From contig CABQJJ010000005.1 in NCBI GenBank assembly GCA_902464485.1, positions 959-64,958 on the forward strand: a stretch of 64,000 nt of DNA, written 5' to 3'. Both the position numbers and the translations under genes were made by a program. Origin of the DNA: an uncultured Collinsella sp. (lineage in GTDB: Bacteria > Actinomycetota > Coriobacteriia > Coriobacteriales > Coriobacteriaceae). Under the pieces are notes generated by a model that searched no databases, had not been told where the DNA came from, and saw only the letters and a list, made by a program, of their open reading frames with translations. Positions 26,700 through 34,903 of this stretch are shown piece by piece (within the stretch, counting starts at the first letter, position 1; each line of letters starts with the position of its first letter).

Positions 26700-27503
26700 T
26701 TACAGTCCGTTGCGTTTGCCGAACACATCGCGCGCGATCCAATCGACGTTCCTGCTCGTGCTTGCGGTGTTCGCGTTGATCTGCTGGGCCTGGTTGAGAA
26801 TCTGCCCCTGCATAAAGAGGTTGCCGATCTGGAGCATGTTGCCGATGCGCTGCTGGTTGAGCATCTCCTGCTGCCCCGCCTCCATGCGTCGCTGGTCCAT
26901 CTCGGTCTCGTAGAGGTTCACCATCTCCTGCACGGTGGTGGCGCGATGGTTGCGCACGGCGGAGAGGAAGAAGTCGACGGCTGCGGTGTTGTCATAGTCC
27001 ATGGGGTACCACGGCGCGACCTCTGCCGCCCAACGTTGCTACACGGTGAAGATCTCCTGCTTGGTTTGCTCGATGCTCTGCGCGAGCGCCTGGTTATTTG
27101 CGTCGACCACGGCGTTGTTGTTGTCGATATAGACGTTGCGGCGGGCGCGGGACGTGTCGGCCGCCTTGGCGATGACCAGGTAGAGGACCACGCCGATGAC
27201 GGCGGAGACGATCAGGTTTATGGCATTCCAGACGTCCCTTTGGAGGTCCGGTCCTCCGGTCGCGTAGAACGGGAGGGAGAACGGATACGTGAGCGCGCAG
27301 AGCGGCGTGCTCGTGATGAGCGTGAAGGCGATGAGGAAACCGGCTATGGCATAGAGCACGGGGTGCCGCTTGGTCTTCCTTGCTGTCTTTTGCGAGAACT
27401 GCGTGGTCAGTTGGTTGATGCGATTTTGCAGATTGACCACGCGATGCATCAGGTCGTGCGCGGTCGTGATTCCCGACAGCAGATCTGCCGTTTGTTCCCC
27501 CAC
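26700..27503 (-). pseudogene. Paralog of the 2-TM coiled-coil protein, interrupted by one in-frame TAG (27039-27041)
   Basis: Track ORFs 27039..27548 and 26700..27002 are in the same frame. The reading QEIFTV*QRWAAEVAPWYPMDYD aligns to QEIFAVQQQWASQVAPWYPMDYD of the intact paralog, so TAG replaces CAG. Likely GTG start at 27503. Confidence 0.7.
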
Positions 27504-27634
27504 GGCCTTTACCCTTCTCCTCGATATGCGGGTGCGCCTTCGGCGCACCTGTTTTCGGAATGCTGACTATTGCTCATAATTGAACTTGATAGGCAATAAT
27601 TAGCCCTTACAGTTTATTATACTTACAGAAAAAT

Positions 27635-27670
27635 GCCCATACGATTCAAGTCAGATTGATTCGTATGGGC
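27635..27670. promoter_or_regulatory. 10-bp perfect inverted repeat in the AT-rich divergent control region, overlapping the XRE start codon
   Basis: GCCCATACGA (27635-27644), 16 nt, then TCGTATGGGC (27661-27670). A TATAAT hexamer on the minus strand lies at 27621-27616. Confidence 0.45.
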
Positions 27671-28015
27671 GGTGATAGTGTGAAATATTTCGAAATAGGC
27701 CAACGCATACGGCGGTACCGTAAGGCCTGCGGGATGTCGCAGGAGGCGCTGGCAGGAAAGGTCGGCATCTCCGTCACGCATATGAGCCATATCGAGACCG
27801 GAAACACTAAGCTGAGCCTGCCCGTGCTATCGAAGATTGCCGAGGAGCTTTCGGTCAGCGCCGACGCGCTGCTGTCCGACGAGCCGAGGCCTGATAAGTC
27901 GACGCTTTCGTTAGAGGTGCGAGAGATCCTGGATTCGTTCGAGGTCGACGAGCTGCCCGTGGCAATCGAAGTGCTTCGGGCGCTGCGGGATGCGATGGCT
28001 AAAAGACGCGGCTAG
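27665..28015 (+). CDS. XRE family helix-turn-helix transcriptional regulator
   Basis: ORF 27656..28015. HTH IGQRIRRYRKACGMSQEALAGKVGISVTHMSHIETGNTKLSL. Start is uncertain (ATG 27665 or GTG 27680) and there is no clear RBS. Confidence 0.8.
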   Translation: MGGDSVKYFEIGQRIRRYRKACGMSQEALAGKVGISVTHMSHIETGNTKLSLPVLSKIAEELSVSADALLSDEPRPDKSTLSLEVREILDSFEVDELPVAIEVLRALRDAMAKRRG

Positions 28016-28209
28016 GGGCGAATTCCAGCACTCAAAAGTTGTGAAAAAGTTGCATAGCAGCAAGATGAAAAGGGCAAACCACTCATTTACGAGGCGGTTT
28101 GCTCCTTTAGTCAAATGTTCCCATGACAGATAAACAGTACACGTTGCATAGGACGATACCTTTCATATGGAAGGCTGCTAAAGAGTCGAAGCCGGGTGCA
28201 TGCCAAGTT

Positions 28210-28959
28210 TTATTTCTTGGCCAGTTTGAAGTAGCGCTCAAATATCAATTCGAAAACGTAATAGAACATTAATCGACTGTCGAGGTCCATGCTGCCCAAG
28301 CGGATTTCTTTTTGCACGGTGTAGATAGGGTAGTCGGCTAGTTTCGAGAGAGAATTTCGAGAAAAGCCGGTGAGCGTGACGACCTTGCATCCGCGCGTTT
28401 TGGCTATCGATGTGGCGTCAATAGAAACCTGCGTCTCGCCGCTTACGGAAACGCTGAAGACCAGGTCGTTTTTGCCGAGGAGTTCTGCGTAATGCCTCAT
28501 GACGTGGCGTTCACTGAGCGTGTCGGTATTCTTGCCCATTATTTTGAGCTTTTCAGCCATCTCGAGGCACGGGTATTTCGAAAAGCCCGAGCAGAAGAAC
28601 ACGATATGCGAGGCGTCCTGGATAAGACTTACAACCGAATCGATGACCCGGTCGTTAAGCAGATCTTTGGTCTGTACGAGCTGGGTATCAAGAGGAAGTG
28701 CCTCGATAGTGAATCGATTGCGGTCGAGTGAGGCTGAATATGACCGCTTGAGTTCCGTAAACCCCGAGAAGCCAAGTTTATGGGCAAGCCTGACGATTGT
28801 ATTGGGAGCGACGAAGAACCGTTCGGCAATGCTCTTAAGCGTAACATCGTCAATATCATCACGCAGTTCGATGATGTAGCGCATGATCTCGCTTTCGAGA
28901 TCGTTGAGCTTGCTCTCGCCAGCTCGCACATGATCATAAAAAGATTCTTGATCTTTCAT
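28210..28959 (-). CDS. MurR/RpiR family transcriptional regulator (HTH plus SIS domain), divergent from GH4-PTS module 1
   Basis: ORF 28210..29151, with a probable start at ATG 28959 (MKDQESFYDH...). HTH LKSIAERFFVAPNTIVRLAHKLGFSGFTELK, followed by a SIS-like C-terminal half. Confidence 0.8.
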   Translation of the reverse strand: MKDQESFYDHVRAGESKLNDLESEIMRYIIELRDDIDDVTLKSIAERFFVAPNTIVRLAHKLGFSGFTELKRSYSASLDRNRFTIEALPLDTQLVQTKDLLNDRVIDSVVSLIQDASHIVFFCSGFSKYPCLEMAEKLKIMGKNTDTLSERHVMRHYAELLGKNDLVFSVSVSGETQVSIDATSIAKTRGCKVVTLTGFSRNSLSKLADYPIYTVQKEIRLGSMDLDSRLMFYYVFELIFERYFKLAKK

Positions 28960-29257
28960 AAGATGTTTCAGCCCCTCGCACCTCGTCGTACATATGGTAC
29001 CGCTTTGTGTAGCCAGGTGAGAAATCGGTAATCGGTCAAGATTGTCTATTGCCCACGAGCTGGGCAAACGTGCGTGTCTGCCTACACATATCTGTGTCGT
29101 GAGCGAAATCATGTGTCCCCGTTTCGCATTGGCCCACACGGGGACTCGCAAATGACCTTATGTCGCAAAATATCAATCGAAACGAAGCAAGCCGAGGACA
29201 GCCGCGGAGCCCAAGGTCTTCGAGAACACCGATCAGCCAACCCTGGAGGGACGGAAC

Positions 29258-30583
29258 ATGAAGGATAAGCTCAATATTGTGATCGTTGGCGGCGGCTCCA
29301 CGTGGTGCCCTGGCATTCTTAAAGCCCTGACCAAGCATATGGACATTCTGCCGCTGAACCGCGTGATGCTCTATGACATCGATGCCGAGCGCCAGCGTCC
29401 GATTGGCGAGTTTGGCAAGATCCTCTTCGCCGAGGAGGAGCCCGGTGTGGAGTTTGGTTACACCACCGATAAAGACGAGGCTTACACCGACGTCGACTTT
29501 GTGCTCTGCCAGATTCGTACCGGCGGCTACGAGATGCGCAGCAAGGACGAGAAGATTCCGTTGCATATGGGAATCATCGGCCAGGAAACGGTGGGCCCTG
29601 GCGGCATGGCTTACGGTATGCGCTCCATGCATGACATGGTTGAGATCGTCAACGACGTTCGCGCTCATAGCCCGGAGGCGTGGATTATCAACTACACCAA
29701 CCCGGCTGCTATTGTGGCATATGGTCTCGAGCGCGTCCTGCCCGATGAGCGTCGCGTCCTCAACATCTGCGACCAGCCTGTCAACCTCATGCGCTCTTAC
29801 GGTCGCCTGCTCGGTCGCGATATGAGCAAGACGGAGCCCGTGTACTTTGGCCTCAATCACTTCGGTTGGTTCAAGCACATCTACGATGAAGAGGGCCATG
29901 ACCTCGTCCCGCAGATTAAGGAGTACACGGAGAAGAACGGCTTCCTTCCTGCCGATGCCGAGCAGCGTGACCAGTCCTGGCTCGACACCTACGCCATGGT
30001 CAAGGACATGCTCGAGGACTTCCCCGACTATCTGCCCAACACTTATCTGCAGTACTATCTGTATCCCGAGTACAAGGTCGCTCACCTCGACCCCGACTAC
30101 ACTCGCTCCGACGAGGTTATCAACGGTCGTGAGAAGCGCGTGTTCGCCGAGTGCGAGCGTGTTGCCAAAGTCGGCACCGCAAAGAATTCCTCGGTTGTGC
30201 AAAACGACGCTCATGGCGATATGATCGTGGAAATCACCTCGGCCATCTATCGCAACACCAACAAGACCTTCATTGTCATCGTGCCCAACAACGGCATTAT
30301 CGAGGGCATGCCCGATGACGCCATGGTCGAGGTCGCGGCAAGCGTGGGCGCCAATGGCCCGCAGCCCTATGCTGTTGGCAAGATTGGCACCTTCTATCGC
30401 GGTCTTATGGAGAACCAGTACGCCTATGAGCGCCTGACTGTTGAGGCTTGGATGGAAGGTTCTTACGAGAAGGCTTTGCAGGCACTCACGCTTAATCGTC
30501 TGGTCGGTGACGCAAAGAAGGCGCGTAAGGTGCTCGATAAGCTCATCGAGGCCAATAAGGATTACTGGCCGGAGCTTAAGTAG
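29258..30583 (+). CDS. GH4 family 6-phospho-alpha-glucosidase-like enzyme (module 1)
   Basis: 441 aa. N-terminal NAD fold IVIVGGGSTWCPG. NICDQP motif. GGAGGGA RBS. Confidence 0.8.
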   Translation: MKDKLNIVIVGGGSTWCPGILKALTKHMDILPLNRVMLYDIDAERQRPIGEFGKILFAEEEPGVEFGYTTDKDEAYTDVDFVLCQIRTGGYEMRSKDEKIPLHMGIIGQETVGPGGMAYGMRSMHDMVEIVNDVRAHSPEAWIINYTNPAAIVAYGLERVLPDERRVLNICDQPVNLMRSYGRLLGRDMSKTEPVYFGLNHFGWFKHIYDEEGHDLVPQIKEYTEKNGFLPADAEQRDQSWLDTYAMVKDMLEDFPDYLPNTYLQYYLYPEYKVAHLDPDYTRSDEVINGREKRVFAECERVAKVGTAKNSSVVQNDAHGDMIVEITSAIYRNTNKTFIVIVPNNGIIEGMPDDAMVEVAASVGANGPQPYAVGKIGTFYRGLMENQYAYERLTVEAWMEGSYEKALQALTLNRLVGDAKKARKVLDKLIEANKDYWPELK

Positions 30584-30665
30584 CTAGTTCCATAGCGCTT
30601 GATAATTGTTATGGGGCGTGTGGGTTGTAGAGCTGCACGCCCCGTTTCTTTAAGAGGGGTATCCC

Positions 30666-32228
30666 ATGAACAAAGATGAGCTACTGGCAAAGTTCCAGCG
30701 CCTGGGCAAAGTCCTCATGACGCCTGTCCTGATCCTGCCAATCGCCGGCATCCTTCAGGGCTTTGGCAATGCCTTTACCAGTCCCACCCTTACGGCAGCT
30801 GTTCCCTGGCTTGCTGCTCCGGGCTTTGCGATTTTCTTTTCGATTCTCAAGGCCGCTGCCGGCATCGTTATGAACAACATCCCGGTTATCTTCTCGATTT
30901 GTCTCGCCTATGGCTTCGCCAAGTCCGAGAAGGCTACCGCGGCGCTTTGTGGCTTTTTGGGCTACATGTGCATGAACTCTGTGATGGGCACGTTCCTTAC
31001 GGCGACTGGCGTTATCGATCCCGCGAATCTTACGACGGGCCAGAGCACGATCCTCGGTATCACCACGCTCGACACTGGCGTTATCGGCGGTCTTTTGGTA
31101 GGCGCAATCGTCGCATGGCTGCATAACCGTTACTACAAGATTGAGCTGCCCGCCGTGTTCTCCATCTTTAACGGCACGCGCTTTATTCCGGCGGTGACGC
31201 TGCTCTCATGCAGCATCCTCGCATTGGTCATGTCCTTTGTTTTCCCGTTTATTCAGAACGCTCTCGGTGCGCTGTCCGAGTTCATCAAGACTACGGGTGC
31301 CTTTGGTGCATTTGTCTACGGCGCCGGCGAACGCATGCTCCTGCCTTTTGGCTTGCATCACTTTGTCTATTTGCCGTTCTTCTTCACGTCGCTCGGTGGC
31401 GTCGAGACCATCGACGGCCAGACCGTTCAGGGCGCTATCAATATCTACAACGCGATCCTGGGCTCTCCCAGCACGCCGTTTAACATCGAGGTCAGCCGTT
31501 TTGTCATGAACGGTAAGGTTATCTTCGCCATGTTCGGCCTGCCTGGCGCTGCACTCGCCTTCTACAAGACGGCGCTTCCCAAGAACAAGAAGAAGACCGC
31601 AGCGCTCATGATCGCCATCGTGGTTCCTTGCATCCTCTCCGGCATTACCGAGCCGCTCGAGTATTCCTTCCTGTTTATCGCGCCCATCCTCTACGTGTTC
31701 CACGCTCTCATGGCTGGTCTTGCCTATGCGCTGACCTATATCCTGCAGTTCAACGTGGCTGGCTCCGCGTCCTTCGGTGGCCCGCTCTTGTCGTTGATCT
31801 TTAACGGCATTATGGGTGCAGCCAAGGGCTCCAACTGGCAGGTTATCCTGTTCCTTGGCCCCATCTACTTCGTGGTGTACTACTTCGTCTTCAAGTTCAT
31901 CATTCTTAAGAAGGACCTTAAGACCCCTGGCCGCGAGGAAGAGTCCGACGATGAGGCCGAAAAGGCTCCCAAGACCGTGATCAGCGACCTCATTCCCGCC
32001 ATCGTTGAGGCAGTGGGCGGCGACAACAATATTAAGTCTGTCGAGGCCTGCTTCACCCGTCTGCGCATCCAGCTCAATGACTGTGACAAGGTGGTTGATG
32101 ACGCCGAGTTTACCGAAAAGCTCGAAGCGCGCGGCATCGTGCATGTTAACGGTGGCGTGCAGATTGTGTACGGTAACATGGCTTCTAACTACGCAACCCA
32201 GATGCGCGAGCTGCTGGGTATGGAGTAA
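30666..32228 (+). CDS. PTS glucose/alpha-glucoside-family transporter, fused EIIC-EIIB (module 1)
   Basis: 520 aa. A polytopic EIIC part followed by a C-terminal EIIB with the ACFTRLRIQL phospho-Cys motif. Confidence 0.85.
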   Translation: MNKDELLAKFQRLGKVLMTPVLILPIAGILQGFGNAFTSPTLTAAVPWLAAPGFAIFFSILKAAAGIVMNNIPVIFSICLAYGFAKSEKATAALCGFLGYMCMNSVMGTFLTATGVIDPANLTTGQSTILGITTLDTGVIGGLLVGAIVAWLHNRYYKIELPAVFSIFNGTRFIPAVTLLSCSILALVMSFVFPFIQNALGALSEFIKTTGAFGAFVYGAGERMLLPFGLHHFVYLPFFFTSLGGVETIDGQTVQGAINIYNAILGSPSTPFNIEVSRFVMNGKVIFAMFGLPGAALAFYKTALPKNKKKTAALMIAIVVPCILSGITEPLEYSFLFIAPILYVFHALMAGLAYALTYILQFNVAGSASFGGPLLSLIFNGIMGAAKGSNWQVILFLGPIYFVVYYFVFKFIILKKDLKTPGREEESDDEAEKAPKTVISDLIPAIVEAVGGDNNIKSVEACFTRLRIQLNDCDKVVDDAEFTEKLEARGIVHVNGGVQIVYGNMASNYATQMRELLGME

Positions 32229-32256
32229 ACGACTCAAACACACGATCAAGATTAAT

Positions 32257-32296
32257 ACAGGTCGGCGTCCGATTCTTCAATCGGGCGCCGACCTGT
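32257..32296. terminator. Strong hairpin terminator between convergent PTS-1 and rpiR-2
   Basis: ACAGGTCGGCG...CGCCGACCTGT is an 11-bp perfect stem, with an inner CCGATT/AATCGG stem. It is followed by GCTGTTTTGGGG. Confidence 0.75.
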
Positions 32297-32420
32297 GCTG
32301 TTTTGGGGCGAATGGGCAAGTACATGACGTGCTCGCTGCTCTCTTTTGGCACTGCCTATCGTGTATTCGGACGCCTTGCGACGGTGAGGTGCGTTCTTTT
32401 CGGTCCTAGCGTGTTTGCGG

Positions 32421-33221
32421 CTAGCGCTGCGCCCGAAGTCGATTTGCACAGCTGATATACAGAGCGTTAACCGCGCTTTGTAGACTCATGCCCTCAACCA
32501 GGGCGGTCGAGTACTCGCTGAGTGACTCCGCGCTCACGGGTAGCAAGAGCTCACGCGTCCCGTTGTTATCGAATGCCATGTTGCTCGATATCCAAATAAC
32601 GCGGCAGCCTCGCCGCTTGGCCTCAACGTAAAGATTGAAGATATGGCTCGTCTTTCCTGAGAACGATACAAAGATGGTTAGATCGTCGGGTTGGAGCAGA
32701 CAGAGTGACGTCTCCTGTCCCTTGACGGAGCCAAATGAGAAGCACAGTCGGTTTACGCGGCTCAGCTTTTCGCAGAGTGAGCGGGCGGCGAGATTGGAGA
32801 ATGAGCTTCCGTATACGTAGACATTTTGCGCATCGAGAAGCCAATCAACGGCCCGCTCGAGTCGATCCTCAGTGAGCAGGCGTTTTGTTTCAAGCAAAGA
32901 GGTCTCTACGATATCGAAATACCAGGGTATATCGATTTGCTTATGAGCCCTTGCCTCGGTTGTCTCACGCTGGAGCCAAGCGTTGAAGTCGTCAACTTGC
33001 TCTTTGAACGATCGAAAGCTCGAGCCGTTTACGCGCCTGCAGAAGCGCGAGATGGTCGCGGGCGATGTATTGCACGCGCGGGCAAGTTCTTCTATTGAGA
33101 GCTCTGGGACCTCGTCGTGATGGGAAAGGGCGTAGAGTGCGATGTGGGCGTCAAGGCTGCCGCCCTTCTCGACGTCTTCGATACAAGACCTGAGGTTCGA
33201 ATAGACCTCGTACATCGACAT
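32421..33221 (-). CDS. MurR/RpiR family transcriptional regulator (module 2, last gene of the minus-strand operon)
   Basis: 266 aa. HTH IEELARACNTSPATISRFCRRVNGSSFRSFK and a SIS-like C-terminus. Confidence 0.8.
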   Translation of the reverse strand: MSMYEVYSNLRSCIEDVEKGGSLDAHIALYALSHHDEVPELSIEELARACNTSPATISRFCRRVNGSSFRSFKEQVDDFNAWLQRETTEARAHKQIDIPWYFDIVETSLLETKRLLTEDRLERAVDWLLDAQNVYVYGSSFSNLAARSLCEKLSRVNRLCFSFGSVKGQETSLCLLQPDDLTIFVSFSGKTSHIFNLYVEAKRRGCRVIWISSNMAFDNNGTRELLLPVSAESLSEYSTALVEGMSLQSAVNALYISCANRLRAQR

Positions 33222-33298
33222 TCAAATCACTCCAAACAATAATGCCCCGGAGCGGATATGCCATCTCCGGAGCATTGTGGTGAAGCTATGGGACGGAT

Positions 33299-34879
33299 TT
33301 ATTCCATGCCCAAGTATTCTCTCATTTCGACTTTGTAGACAGAAGCTTTATTGCCGTAAACGATCTGAACACCGCCGCCAACGTGCACGATGGCGCTGGC
33401 GCCGAGGTCTTTGGTGAAGACGCTATCGTCCTTGACTAGGGCGGTGTCTTTGAGGCTGAGCCTCAGGCGAGTGAAGCAGGCGTTGACGCCCGAGATGTTA
33501 TCGGCGCCGCCCACGGCATCCACGATCTGCGGGATGAGGTCGCTTACCTGGACAGGTGCTTTGGAGTCGATGGCCGACGTGTCATCCGCTGTCTGCGTGT
33601 CATCATCCTCGCGGCCCGGGGTTTTGAGGTCAAATTTCTTGATAAAGGCGCGGAACAGCACGTAATAGATTCCGAAGTAAGCGATGCCGAGCGGAATAAG
33701 CCAGAACCAGTTGGAGCCTTTATCGGCGTTCATGATGCCGTTGAAGATCCACGAGAGGAGCGGTCCGCCGAAGGCGGAAGGCCCGGGCACATTGAACTGT
33801 ACCAGGTAGGTGAGTACATACGCGATGCCGCACAGCAGGGCGTGGACCACATAGAGTACGGGCGCTACAAAGAGGAAGGAGTACTCGAGCGGTTCGGTTA
33901 TGCCCATGATGGCGGCCGGAATGACGGCGGCGATCATGAGGGAGCCGACCTTCTTTTTATTCTCGGGACGGGCACAGTGGTAGATGGCGAGCGCCGCTGC
34001 GGGCAGGCCGCACATGGCGAACAGCACCTTGCCGTTCATGACGTATTTTGAGATGTCGATGTCGTACATCATGCCGGGCGTGTTGAGCATGGCGTTGTAG
34101 ATGTTGACAGCACCCTCGACGGTCTGGCCGTCAACCTAGATGCTACCGCCCAGAGAAGTGAAGAAAAACGGCAGGTAGATGAAATGGTGCAGGCCGAAAG
34201 GCAGAAGCATGCGCTCGGAGAAGCCATAGATGAACGCGCCAAACACCCCGGTGGAATCGATGAGTGTCGAGGCGGCCTTTAGGCCGGTTTGCACAAACGG
34301 AAACACGAAGGCGAGCGCAACGCCCACTAGGCTCGCGAAAACGACGGTGAGGGCGGGGACGCAGCGTGTACCGTTGAAGATGCCGAGCACCGGCGGAAGC
34401 TGCACCTTATAGAATCGGTTGTGGATCCACGCGACTACCAAGCCGATGATGATGCCGCCGAATACGCCGGTGTCGAGTGTGGTTACGCCCAGGATGGCGT
34501 TCTGACCGGTCTGCAGGTTGGCGGGATCGATGGTGCCCAGCAGGATAAGCAGCTGACCCATGATCGTGTTCATGGTCATGTAGCCGATGAAGCCTGAGAG
34601 TGCGGCGGTCGCCTTCTCGGCTTTGGCGTAACCGTAGGCGATGCAGATCGCAAAGAGAACCGAGATGTTACCATTGATAACGTTGCCGGCTGCTTTGATG
34701 AGTGTGCTAAAGATCACCATCGGCTCGGTGCCCAAAAGCGGGCAGAGCGAGATGAGGTTAGCATTGGAAAGGGCGGAGCCCAGACCGACCAAAATGCCGG
34801 AAACGGGCAGGAGAAGGACCGGTGCCATGAGCACCTTGCCGAGTCTCTGGAACTCGCTGTAGAGCTTGCTTTCTTTCAT
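33299..34879 (-). pseudogene. PTS EIIC-EIIB paralog (module 2) interrupted by one in-frame TAG at 34136-34138
   Basis: Track ORFs 34136..34879 and 33299..34090 share a frame. FFFTSLGGSI*VDGQTVEGAVNIYNA aligns to FFFTSLGGVETIDGQTVQGAINIYNA of PTS-1. The EIIB motif ACFTRLRLSL is retained downstream. Confidence 0.75.
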
Positions 34880-34903
34880 GATGTTCCTTCGATGCGCGGG
34901 GAG

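Larger units (their letters stand above)
17995..28042. mobile_element. Integrative genomic island of about 10 kb (int and xis-like at the left end, XRE repressor at the right end, surface-protein cargo)
   Basis: Integrase and Xis-like ORF. The 10-mer CAAAAGTTGT lies at 17995-18004 and 28033-28042. GTTGTAAA-type octamers cluster at both ends. Patches of visibly lower G+C. No phage or conjugation genes. Confidence 0.6.

Noticed and set aside
27039-34138. Idea that the two in-frame TAG codons (27039-27041 and 34136-34138) indicate TAG recoding such as pyrrolysine or suppression
   Set aside because: TAG is used as the ordinary stop of many well-supported genes here, including the LysR gene, GH4-1, the ABC permease, M20, glpK, upp, atpB, atpE and atpF. 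No pyl genes are seen. One TAG aligns with Gln and the other with a non-conserved loop position. Independent nonsense mutations or sequence errors are the simpler explanation.
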